From contig CATNEN010000038.1 of the NCBI GenBank assembly GCA_950097015.1, forward strand, positions 9,486,001 to 9,550,000: a stretch of 64,000 bases of DNA. Reading direction: 5' to 3'. Below, in pieces: positions 1 through 12,482 of the stretch (the first letter of the stretch is position 1; each line of letters begins with the position of its first letter). The notes beneath the pieces are model-generated. The model was not told where the DNA came from. It saw only the letters and a list, made by a program, of their open reading frames with translations, and did no database searches. The stretch is from Macrostomum hystrix. Taxonomy: Eukaryota; Animalia; Platyhelminthes. A program made the translations under genes and the position numbers.

Positions 1-1503
1 AGATTTATCCCCCTACTTGGGCCGGGCCAAATAAATGGCTCCGCCAATAGGAAAGCAAGATTCATTTATCTGGCCCGGCCAGTTTTTTACCATAGACTAC
101 AGACTTTGGCGCCGTCAGCCAAGCGAGGGATCAATAGAGTAATACCCCTATGGATTCATTTAATTTGAGCCTCAAGAGTGACCTCGGGCTGCATTTCTAT
201 AGCCTCGGCTTCGCCTCGGCCAATAAATGAATAATATTCCCTATTTATTTTGTTAATGAGTGGGGAATATGATATGTATCCCTAACTTGAAACGGGCAAA
301 CGGACGAGGTCAGAAAATTCATTGATTATTGACTCGTACGCTCGTTTAATTCTGTTTGTCTATGCTTGTGTTATAGTTCTGTGTTATACTAGTTAATTTA
401 TTTGCATCGAGCAAAGTGAAATAAATAATTTATTGCACTAGTGCAAATAGACCAAAAGCTTAAAAACATAGACAACTGCCCGGGGCAAGTGGGGGATACA
501 TCCATAGGGGTAATACCATATACTTATCGTGCTAAAATGCAATCCTTACTTCCTGCAAATATTGTCATAGTCTATGGTCTAAACACTTTTAAAGCAATTG
601 CATTGAACTGTCAATTCTAATTTTATCTGACTATTTCCTATTAGTAACTATTTATTCCTATATAATTATTTATAATTATTAGTATAATTTACTAACAGTA
701 TTAAAGTGGGGAGCGCATTCGGAAGGCTGAAAGTCTAGCACAAATAAGCATTAAGCAACACCGGAAATCATACAGGCGCAACAGGCCCTATTAGGCGCCC
801 AGTGATGAAAATCTAAGCATTTACCTGTGTATTTTTCATATTTTAACATACAGAAAGAGGAAAACTGGCTAGGCATTGCTCACAGCATACACACAAGGCC
901 TAGCCTGGTGAAACTCGAATTAACATATTAAATAAACAGTAAGCAAATACAAAAACTAAGACTGGTAACAAACTAGTGACATGCTAGAATTACGAGATCA
1001 ATGTATTTTACTGGATGAGTTGTACAATTAAAGATTAACTTCAATTAGAACCCGTACTTACGTTCATAGGCTTCATCTTATAATAAATGCTGTGCATTGT
1101 TCTGCTAAGAAGAACCAATTATAAGTGGATATAACTGAAACAGAACATTGGCCTACTATCGACTGGACATAAAACCCGCCCGAGCGAGCGGCGAGAAGAA
1201 ATTTGGGATCTTAAATCGAATTAACAAATCAGACAGTTTAAATGCAGGAGAAGCAAGTTTGTTATTAAACAACTGAAGTTATGAATATAGCATATATAGG
1301 CAGTATTATGCCTGCATTGATTCAGAGGCTGCAGAGCTAATATGATTTACAGTTTCAACAGCAGCAATCATATTATAGCGAAATTCACTATGCACTCTAT
1401 ACTTACTACTTACGAACCCAGCTAGAAGAAGTTAGAAGCGCATCTTTTAAGTTACGTCGAAACGCAAATAGGCAATTTATCAGCAAGCAGACGAACGCAG
1501 CGC

Positions 1504-2160
1504 TCAGGAGGTCTTTTTGAAGTTGCGCAGGATGGGATAAATATTATTAAAGGCTTCATAGATCTCCTCGCGCACCTTGGCGCCAGTGAGTACCACTTTG
1601 CCAGACACGAATACCAGCAGTACAATCTTGGGCTTCACCATGCGATAGATGAGGCCGGGAAATAGCTCCGGTTCGTAGCTGGAGAACTGAGCATAGGACA
1701 GCACCAGACCCTCCAGCCGGATTGGGAAGCGCACGTCGCAGGAGCCGACCATGTTCTGAATCTTGAAGTCGGTGAACTTGGCCGGGAAGTCCAGCTTCTG
1801 GATGATGCGGGCGTACTTTCTGGCGGCTAGCTTAGCCTGCTCCTCGCTCTTGGCGCCGGTGCAGACCATCTTGCCAGAGGAGAAGATCAAGGCGGTGGTG
1901 CGCGGATCGCGGATTCGCATGATGACAGCGGCGAAACGTTTCGGATTGTATTCAGCATTCCTGGCGTGCAGGGCGATCTTCTTCAGATCCAGCTTGCAAC
2001 CCAGATTGACTGTGCAAACAATGTTCTGCAGCTGGGGCAGGGGTACAACAGACTCGGAGGCGGCTGACATTGGAGTCTGGGGCATTGCGTGCAGGTGCGA
2101 TGGCGTGACAGCAACTGAGTGCGGCCCACCGCTGCCGCCGTAGCCACTTGCAGCTGCCAT
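1504..2160 (-). CDS. TBP: TATA-box binding protein, intronless CDS with short N-terminus
   Basis: Core matches TBP: [62 protein letters not shown]...[21 protein letters not shown]...[34 protein letters not shown]. An in-frame TGA lies two codons upstream of the ATG. Confidence 0.97.
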   Translation of the reverse strand: MAAASGYGGSGGPHSVAVTPSHLHAMPQTPMSAASESVVPLPQLQNIVCTVNLGCKLDLKKIALHARNAEYNPKRFAAVIMRIRDPRTTALIFSSGKMVCTGAKSEEQAKLAARKYARIIQKLDFPAKFTDFKIQNMVGSCDVRFPIRLEGLVLSYAQFSSYEPELFPGLIYRMVKPKIVLLVFVSGKVVLTGAKVREEIYEAFNNIYPILRNFKKTS

Positions 2161-3682
2161 GACTCACTGAGCTGTGGTGATGCTAGACAGATCGCTGCTA
2201 GGAAGCTGAACTGACTTAGTGACTTATAATCTTTTTCGAAGAAATGAATTCGAGTTGGAGATTAAGGACTGCTGAAAAAAAGTTTTCCTGTACTCTTTGT
2301 GCAATAATTTTTATTATTATTAAAGGCACTAGCAGTCCGAGTCATCTGCAGTATAAATGTTACTATAATATTCTAAACCTATTGAATACATGCACAGATG
2401 ACAGCATTTAAAGGCTGAACATTGCTTCACATTCAATTTACTAGGAAAGATTTCAAACTTAACCTCAATTACCCCCCAGCTACTGGGGTGAACAAAGGAA
2501 TCAATGCTGATTGGTGTCTTGCTTAAAGTTACATAAAAATACTGATATTATTATCTTTTATTAGATAAGTAAACAATGCAAAAATAGTCCTTGGATTTTG
2601 ATAGTAGCTATATCATCAAATAGTTATAACTTACTATGCTTAAATATATGTCTAGACAGAATCTCTTAGTAATTAAGTATTTGTTTGTATTTTATACAAC
2701 AAAGCAATCACAATCACAGAACCGTGGGAATAAGCTCTGCCATAAATATTAGTACAATTGGATACCAATAGATATCACTGTAGGCCCTATAGTAAGCACT
2801 TTTTGTCAACAAAATAGCAGGGCATTAAAACAGATTTCTCTGCACAGCATGTTTGTAGCACACAATCATAGCAAGGACCAATAAGAGTAAAATAAGGATC
2901 TATGTTTCTTAGAAAAAAATTAAAGGCTGGTTTTTGCAAAATATACATTAGAGATAGAAAATGCTAATTTTTTATATTAAATGATGACAGCTTTTGATTG
3001 GAAGCAAATGCAAGGCTGTTATTTAGATAGGCCTATAACTTGCCCAACATGTTGATTTACTGAATATTATAAAGTTTTGTACATGAGGTCCTACAATTCG
3101 ATCCACATATGGTTTTCTTTACAAAATAACCTATCATAAGTCTGTAATTTGGTATAGGCTACTACGGACTAGTAAAATTAGCTTGACCTTATACTAATTG
3201 TGTTCCTCTTGATTAGTTTTTCATATTTCTTCCCCAGCTTTTATAGACAGCAATGCTTATTTTATTTTAATGTTTTAATCAATTTGTCTATTTTTATATT
3301 TTAATTGTAAAATTTTCTACTGCACAAGACCCACAAACTTTATTTAGCTAAATAATAAATATTCATTATTCCAGTCTAAAAGTAAAACTACAGCTGAAGT
3401 CTAAAGCTAGGCTCTTAAATAATTAATATTGATAACAACCTGTAAAAACACTGTCAGTGAATTGGATTTTTATAAGTAAAGGAAGTTGTATGAAGATCAT
3501 GTGAAAGTTGAGGAAGAGGAATATTCCGAGTCGGACAAAGTTTCTAAGCTTGATGGATCACTAACTTAGGAAAAGTAACAATTACTTAGTGAGGGCTTTT
3601 GTTATTTGCTTTTGTTAGGCCTGTTTGCCTTTCGCAATTTCATAGCCTAGGCCCTATCAGTAAGTGTTAAGGTTTTGAATTG

Positions 3683-4102
3683 GGATTCTAGACATTTCGT
3701 CATCTTACAACTTCGTCATCCACTTGGAAGGTAGGACACTTCGTCATCCAGCCAATTGGCATGCTTTAAAGTTTGGTCTGTTCGTCATCTACTAATAACA
3801 AGCAATCAAGTTCGTCATCAATAAAGTGAGGGTGGGGTTGTGGGGCAGAGGTGTGAACACACTTCACACTCTAAATTGTCAATAAGGTGTCAAAACTGAT
3901 TTCATTATAAGAGTTGAAAGATAGGTGCCAACACGATGTGAGGAGGTGGGGAGGGGTGGTTCTGTTCTAACTTCGAAAACTTTTATTTTATAGATGACGA
4001 AGTGTCCACAAGTCTAAGTCTCTTCGTAATCCACCCTCTTAGATATTAGACAGATCGTCATCTGGATGACGAAGTTGTAAGATGACGAAGTGTCCAGGTA
4101 CC
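3683..4102. mobile_element. Non-autonomous TIR element (MITE), Merlin-like
   Basis: ~40-bp TIRs: GGATTCTAGACATTTCGTCATCTTACAACTTCGTCATCCA vs reverse complement of TGGATGACGAAGTTGTAAGATGACGAAGTGTCCAGGTACC. GG...CC termini, flanks TTGAATTG / TTAAATTG (7/8 TSD), internal TTCGTCATC repeats. Confidence 0.75.
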
Positions 4103-7100
4103 TTAAATTGTAAGTATTCAATTATAAAATAAAAAACTTGTCCCTATAGGCATACAATAAATAGGAGAAAGATAGGAGAAGCCCACAGGCGCCAGACACA
4201 GTAGAAACTTTAGCTTTGAGTTTACTCGTTATATATTAACTAGTTGCTTTTATGACTGATGAGTTTAATATGTTTATTTACTCAAAAATAGAACGCATCA
4301 TTAACTTTTAATGAAATTTAGTTGTTGCTTCGAGCGTTACAGTGTCCTTGTTCGTCGTTTGCATCTAAATGTGAATGTAAATGTCATTGCAGAAGTCAGA
4401 TTGAGATTTTTAAATTACTAGTTAACGAAATATGTGAACCAATTAATGTTAAAAATATGCGAAAATCATATATAGATTTTGTTTTAGTCCATAGAACTCA
4501 TCAAGTTTTTATGAATTTTATCCGTACGCAAAGTTAGTTAGCAATATGTTATATCTGTTCTAAACTTCATTGTGGCTGCGAATACGTTTGTTTTACTTTT
4601 TTATTTTTTTAAAGTAGGAAACTTGACTAATTTGACTGGGACTTTCATTGACCTGAATTAGATTCTTCAATGCAGCGAAAAATATATTAAACAAATTTTA
4701 TTTAAAAAGATTGCTTTATTACTTCTGCTCCAAATTCTTATAAAGTTTTTGAAAGAAACTAAAAAATATTTTGTTTGCTTTTTGCGTAGTATAACGAGGT
4801 AAAATCTATATCAAAGGATGAATCATATGAGATTCTAGTTTGCCTTTAGGGGGAACATTGGCTTCGTGACGGCCGAAAATATTTGGTTATCTGCGAACTG
4901 ATAGGGACGTATGCTTCTCTGCCAGTCCATAGACCTTCACCTGTTCATTCAGCATTCCCCATCACCTGCTCACTCACTCAGCAATCCCAGTCACACTGTT
5001 TGGTATTAAAAATTCGCACATTTAGTCATGGTTTAACTTGTTATCGTGGTTTTGTTTTTTACTTTTGAGCAGTTAGTTTTCATTTTTAGCTTGAACATTA
5101 GTAACTTTAATATTAAGTTTCATTTTTAGCTTTTGTGGACTGATTGTTATTGATTTTTTCAGACCAACGAATATTTGCCGTCTCCCAAGTTTCGGTCCCT
5201 TAAAAAGAGGCCGTGAGAGTACTTCAGAAGGTCGCCATTTTTCTGCTAGCATACAGGTTGCAATGCAAGACGTAAATTGTAGCTTCTGGGCTTAGCTTGA
5301 ACTCGAAAGCTTCAGCGCCTGCTGCACGTTGTGAAATAAATATTAGGAAAAATGTTTGTGAGGCTCGCCGCCGGGTAAGCCAGTTTACATGCTACTTACA
5401 TATCAATCCCTTCTAGGTACAAAAAATACTATTATTTTAAGAACATATTACCGCGCTATAGCGATTTCCTGGTTGTGGTTAGCTAAGAATTTGTTCTTTT
5501 TAAGATTTTAGTTAGCAAATTAAAGAAAAATCAACCATATCACCGTATGTACTGCATTCATAAAAACAAATATGACGTTTTTTTATCGCGCTTTAATTAT
5601 TTAACAATGCTATGTAACATTCATTTATTGCATATCTTAATATAGCTACGACGAGCTACAATTCATTCCGAGAATCGATATCCAGCAAATTATTTTTTAC
5701 TGTAGAAATGTATTACCCGGTCAAGTTTGACGATATTAAAAGCATTGTTATTTAATAAATTATTCACTAATTCCACAGGACTGGAACAACCAGCGCGAGC
5801 TCTCAGATGAACAGATCCTCGCTATTGCTCAAATGAAGGAGGTGAGCCTAAAGGCTTCCGAGAAAGGTTGAAAAGTGGAGACAATTATGGCCATTGGGAT
5901 CTGCCTTTCCTTTGGCAACGCAAACCGGAAGGATGTCGCTAACTGTACGGTCGCCGATGGGACAAGTGGCTCGCAGATCCGGAAAAGGAGCTCATGGTGA
6001 GTCGAACTAATGAGAAACATTTTTAACAGGTTCTAAACTTTCATTAGAAGCAAGCAGAACACCAATGAGCATCTGACCACTGACTTTAGGCTTTCAGCTA
6101 GGCCAACTGTCTTTGCCTCAAACCGTGTACTCCTTCAACAGAACTAAAAATTGTTCATCGTTCATGTTTTTAACAAAACTGTTCATATGGCAAACATATT
6201 TAATTTATATTATTTCGAAATCTAAAAGACAAGAACAACCTAACTTTACCTTCAGGTAGAATGCCACAAGACCGACGTGGAGTATGGTTCCGCAAAAATA
6301 TACGTTTCTGAATGCTGCGAGCTGCTACAGCGGGTGGACAAAGAGAGTCAGCGAAGGCGCTGCAGCTACTGAGCCTCTGCTCAAAATGCCATATGGTGAT
6401 TTCGGTAGGTTGTTTGCCGCCTACCGAGATGACTTCAACCCCATTCTTAGCGGCGTCACCAACACTGATTTTTCGCAAATTTGTTGAAGCTCGTCTGAAC
6501 GAAAACATTATTTGGCTAATTCACTGACTTAGTTACATTCTTTGGCAACATAAGTTCACAGCTTCAGTAGTCTATTTCTCCATCACATGTAATTCACATT
6601 CACCTGTTTACTCATTTTATAGCAGTCAATTCACAACCCCCGTCACCTGCTCACACGTTCAGTATATGTCAGTCACATTTCGCATTATCAGGTCACTCAT
6701 TTAGCTCTCAGCCAAAACTTCAGTTGCTAAATTAGCATTTGCTAATACCAAATATATTGTATAATAATTGTCCTTTCCCAATTTCGGGAAATTATCTATC
6801 ATCTTATTCAGGTTTACTTAATTAAACATTTATAATAATTTACAGAGTTTAATAGAAGGACATGATCTTCAAGTCCTGGGCGACCGACTAAACCATTAGC
6901 ACCGATATGCAGGCTATATATCGCCCACTACCAGGTGCATACGGAGGCGTACCGGCGAGCCGGGGCGTCTATTGTAGAAAGAAATATAGTATTTAAAAAA
7001 GATTTAATGACTCCTGAGGTTCAGGAGTCCACGTGCAGTTTCTAGGGGATAAGCCTATCAGAGGCTGGATCCAGAAATATTGCATCGTAGAGGAAACAAT

Positions 7101-7900
7101 CAATATTTTTGGCGGCATCCAACATTTCAAATTCGCGGCCGCAATATTCAACAACGCTCTAAAATGGACGCCAGAAGATCCGCTAAAAAGACTATACTTT
7201 TATATTCGCCTTCGAGTTTTCGCATTTAACTTTTCCAACTCTGCTCATTTTGTCTGCACGATTTTTTCTGTACAACTTTCAAAACTTTACCTTTTACTTG
7301 CTTTTCTTTCTGCTTACCTTATTGGCTTGCTTTTGTAAATATCTAACTTGTGAACTGGCCATTGTGTACAGTAATTGCTGAAACTGCGCAAAAGAGATTT
7401 TCTCTTTGAAATGCTTTTAAAATGTTTGTAACAGTCAGAAATTGCAAACAGCATATTCTGTACGACATTTTTTTAAATTGCTCTAATTAAAGAGGCTTTA
7501 TAAAATAAGGCCCTACTTTGCTTTTTTACTTATTTTGTTTGGGTGCGCAAAACGATATTTCGAAAAGAAATGCAAAATTCACAGCAAATTACTGCCAGAA
7601 TAGTTAAAAAACGAAAATATGTAATCAAAATCTTTTCTTACAATATAAAATATATAAAGGTGTCCTATTTTTTGTTTTACTTTGTTGCCATTCAAATTCA
7701 GATCGATCCATAAACTCTTCTAGTTTTGAATGTGACCTTGAATCTTAGCTCGTAAAATAGTATACACTGTTTTGGCCTCAGACGATACTAGCACAAGTGA
7801 ATAGCTGTGCTGAGAATTGAGTAGGTTTGAGTGGCAGATAAACATTTTCGGTCAAAAGTGCATCTGCTCTTTGATTTACAAAAAGAATACCCAACTAAGC

Positions 7901-8162
7901 ATGTCGCGGTTGTATCAGCTCCTGCTAATCATGTTCGTTCTTTTCACAAGTGAGTCACTTAAAAAGCATTTTCTACGCAAAAAAAAAAATGCGCCCTCGT
8001 AATTTTGGAGTCAAAATTGATCCAATTTCAGCAATACCCCGTGCTGACAGCTGCACACGGCAGTGTTTACCCCTCGGGTACTACTGTAAGCATGAAAATG
8101 CCTGTTGCTCAGGGTACTGCTACAAATTTGATGCTATTCACGGCCAGTGCCGAAAGCCTTGA
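7901..8162 (+). CDS. Secreted inhibitor-cystine-knot (knottin / conotoxin-like) peptide; exons 7901-7949, 8032-8162
   Basis: Spliced product MSRLYQLLLIMFVLFTTIPRADSCTRQCLPLGYYCKHENACCSGYCYKFDAIHGQCRKP. Hydrophobic signal peptide, GTGAGT donor and TTTCAG acceptor in matching phase 1, C-x6-C-x5-CC-x3-C-x9-C framework. Confidence 0.8.
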
Positions 8163-9463
8163 GAACCCAAGCAGAAACTTTCTTCAGAAAGTCTACACCG
8201 CGTTACTTCAGTCTACACCATCTCGAAAAATAGCACTTGACAATAGAACCTTTGTCGCTTAAACGTTTTTATTTAAAGCTTTTGCCTCGAAATGCCAATG
8301 AAATATAGTAACAATCATTTAATCCTCTGCGTAGTTAATTAGATAACCGCTGGACAGCGGGATGTCGTCTTTTATGTTCTCTCCGCAGCCCACAAGTTAA
8401 TACATTTTCCGACCCCTGCCCTATAAGGGTACCATTTCATTTATTTAATGGTTCCCCGATACATATTCAGATTTTTATTTGAAATATAACAAACAAACAG
8501 AGTTATATTTATACAGAGACAGAGCCAAACTCTGGCTCTGTCCTACCAAATCACATGAAAATTTACAGTCTTCGAACAGCAAGCGAGTTATCAGTGCATA
8601 TCAAATTCGGAGTCGATTCGTCGTACAGTTCAAAAGTTATTCACGTCTGAACTGTGCGCGCCTATCTCCGCAAAACATTTATATTTGCAATCTTAGATGC
8701 CATGTTTATATTCCGAATAGAGCCACTTTCGCTGCATCAATTTCAACCAAACTTTACAGTTTTCCAACAGCCCTGATCAAGAAATGTTTTAGCATGCTTC
8801 ATTAATTTCCTTTTGGCAGCTGCTTACTGGTACAGAACGACGCTTTTTTATTCTTAGCTTCCCGATCGTCCTTAAAACCCTCCGTCGTATGACTGTATGC
8901 GAGACACAAACGCTGTGTTGGTGAGTGGAAAGAAAACCAAACCTCTTAAAAGTTCTACGAGGCCACTATCGAATGAAATTCAACATGCAAAACTTTGAAA
9001 TCTTTGAGACGCAATCGAATTATCGATTGGTGTGAACTTCACACTTTAATTCACACAAAGTCTGGAGTTTCGAGGCGTCGGACATACCGTAGTCTTTTCT
9101 CTTTAAAATGGAAGAGACTGTGGCTCTACTGCTATAGTCTATGGGCGCAAACAAGATGTCAGAGGCTATTGAGCCCTGTCCTTTTTACTGTACTTGCACT
9201 TTACCAGCATATGGTAAGGAAAGATGACTTCTTTTTAAGATTTAAATGTAAGTCCTTGACCTCCTCCTTGCATTTGTCTTTAAATTCTGTCTAGATCGCC
9301 TTTTCTTAATCCTAAATTCTTGCTATCACAGAAGATTTCTCCTGCGAAATAGCGTCGAAGTGAATCTGCGATTTAGCTGTACGATTATTGTTCTCCGTTA
9401 ATTTTAATAGTGCTATTTTTTGTTCTTTTATATTTAGCTAGTGCTCTATGAAGTGCGTTTTTT

Positions 9464-9967
9464 ATGCTTTTTTGCTTTTTCTTCTGCATATATACAAGTA
9501 GTTGTCTGCCATCTGTCAAAGAGGTAAGTTTTTTTATATTACTCGGGCGTGGTGGAGAGGGCCACTCTAGAAATCAGAAGACCGACGCCCCAAAAAGAGC
9601 AGCAGTTATAGCGAACTCTGTTACGTCGTGTATGTTTAACGCAAGCCCTAATAGAATGCACCTTCCCATGATAAGCAGTGACACTGGCAAGCCCTCAATG
9701 CTGTCATTATTTTTTTTGTTATTTATTCAGTAATAAGGTAAACAAGATTTTTATAGTATTCGAATTTAAATATCCAATTAACAGATTGATCGAGCTATTC
9801 GTGAAGCAGCGGAAGCCTTTCCACGACCGACAGACTTTCGAAGATCGAAGCCTTTCTTCGAATTACTCTTTCGCCGTCTGCGAATGCGCAACCGTGTTCG
9901 TCAGCGCAACATGCTATGGGCACGCATAAACATTATATCCCAGAGAGCAAAGCAACTCAAGTGCTGA
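9464..9967 (+). CDS. Candidate secreted cationic peptide precursor; exons 9464-9523, 9785-9967
   Basis: GAG|GTAAGT donor and TTAACAG| acceptor in phase 0 give MLFCFFFCIYTSSCLPSVKE-IDRAIREAAEAFPRPTDFRRSKPFFELLFRRLRMRNRVRQRNMLWARINIISQRAKQLKC*. No homology recognised. Confidence 0.4.
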
Positions 9968-12482
9968 TCTGCCGCAGGGGCGCAACACGGAGATGGAGAT
10001 GACTGCAGCTCGGAGGGATCAGAGTCTAATTCTGACTCTGTAAGTAAGCAAAGTTCGATAAATAGCATGGAAGGAATTTTGACGAGAACGCACAGCAAGA
10101 GAATCGCAACTTTGAGCTAAACCATGAATCTCAAAGTCAAGAAGAAGAACATTTTGTCTGTAACCAGTCAGGAAACAGTAAAGAAATAGAGATTGACTTA
10201 GAAGCTAATGATGTAAAGAACATTGGTTTGCAAATGGTTGAGACACGATTTGAATTTTTTTCGTCCGGATACGAACAAAGCAATCAGTAAGGCAATGCGA
10301 AGGATTTCAACTGCGTTTTAGTATTTTCTGGTTACAACCATATAAAATCCCCGGACTCCAGAAAGCAAAAAAACTAGGTTTTGGACGAACGAACGACACA
10401 CGAAGAGAGACAAAAATTTAAAACACAAATTCGCAAAGTCGGAGCTACGGAGGCTTACCGCAAAAAATTGTGCTCAAGCTACAATTTGCCGTACTTCTTA
10501 TAAAAAACTTTGATTCATTTAAAACACTTGGTGTTATGAAAAATGTACGAGGGTCACTCGTACGGCGCCTTATTTGTGCTGAGGAGCGACTGCACAACAG
10601 TATGTCCTTTTAATTCCTTTTAATTCATCCCCTTCAATTACGTTATATTTCATCAGAAAACTTTTTATTCTAATATACACCGGCTCACACTTCTATCTAA
10701 TCTCCATCTCCGTCGAGCAGAAAAGGTGTGTATCATAGATTCTTCAAGGTCGAATGATAATTCCAAAGGACTGATGCGTATTGTGGATCGCTGGAAGTAA
10801 GTCTACACCAGATTTTTGTAAAAAATAATGCAATAAATATCCTATGAACTACTGGGGACGGCAGTCTCACTGCGAGCGCCGGAAATCCTGGGTTTCTGAT
10901 CCCAAGTTGGAAGGGAATCAGGCCATAATCCCCCAGTCTGCTGTCCACTGTCTGCCGAGCTGTCGCCAGGTATGGGTCAGGTGTGACCCAAGGGTGTCTT
11001 TTTGGGGTGAAAAACTATGGGTTTTTATAGTGGAGAAAACAAGAATGACGCAAGTGAACCGTGATGGAAAGTCCCCGTTTATCCAACCTTTGCGCTTCAC
11101 GCTGCGCAGTGTACGATCGAGCCCTGATTGGCCCCACGTTGTACAGTAAGCTTGGGGGAAGTGAGGTGGATAGTATTACACATTAGTTGCGTTTGGGAAA
11201 TGTACCGGTGGGTTCGCGAAAATTAAAAGGAAATCTGAAGGTTATTTAAGCTTTCGTCACGCTCGATCGAACCAGAACAATGGGAAGTGGAAGTGGTGGT
11301 TTAAAGAGTATGTTTCAATGTTTATTATTGATGACTTGTAATTTATTGCACGCGCACTCAATTTCCAACCCCCATGTGCTGAATCATTTTCTCTCTCTAC
11401 AGCTGCAACCCATTCTTGGGCTTCTGCATGTACGTTTTTTGCCCACTCCAATTTAAATTGATTTAAATAGACTTGGTCGTTAGCAGCGCTGAGAGTGACT
11501 GCGTCGTTTTATAGCCTATAGTTTCAAAGCTCAATTGACGGCCTATTTCAATAGTTGAGAGCTAGCTCACAAACAAGTGGAGTGGACGTTTTAAGGGGTC
11601 TGCGATATTAAAGCGATGACTCAACGAGTCACGTGTTTCGAGCTGCCCTTCCATTATTCTATGATGAAAACTGGCTGGTAATGGGAAAAATAGCGATCCC
11701 CAACACGCAGGGTGAGAGAGAGAGCCGCCGGAGGCGATCCAAGTCCAGATGCAAGACCTCAAAAGAGAAAAATACCAGGAGCGAACAATAGCATCCCTAG
11801 TCAGTGGGAAATACATTAAACAGGTAGAATACAAAAGTCACTAAGCTAAGTTACAGACTAGCGACTCACTTCATACTTGTATTTCCTCGTTAATCCGACG
11901 AAATTTATGACGCAATTATAAAGTTTGATTATGACACAAACTAAGAAACGCAGCAAAACTGGATTAAGAGAACTATGAAATTTTGGGCATTTATGATTTC
12001 GGCATTAATGAAGTTTGGGGGAAGTGAATATCGGGTATATGAAGATTGGGAATACTAAATTCATACAAAGTGAACGCTGGATCACTGGATCCTTCTGTGA
12101 TCCAGCGTTTTATGATATGCGTGGCACGATTTTTTTGCAGAGATGGCTCAACGTGTTACTCAACTTAACTTTTATAGCGTGAAGCGTCAATATCGTTGGT
12201 CAAACTCGTAGTTAGTTAAGTATGACGTCGTTGTGTTTAGTTTTAGAATCTGCATCATATTATTTTCAGCAGCACTTAAAGTGCTCCATAAAGACGAAAA
12301 TTTATAGCTAGAAACAGTTTCGCCATGCGCGAGGCAATGAGATTTTCCCACGTTGCCAGTATTTCTGCCTTTAATTGCCACCCCCCAGTGACGTTTGATG
12401 GTCAGTAAAAGGGCGAAAAAGAGAGATTGAAACAAACTCGTCGACGCTGCATCCGTCATTCCTGACTGTCTTCAACACGAAG

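Noticed and set aside
1763-2143. Antisense or alternative-frame ORFs over real exons (also 17273-18148, 28271-30364, 58913-59623)
   Set aside because: Shadow ORFs expected from GC-rich codon usage; no recognisable domains.
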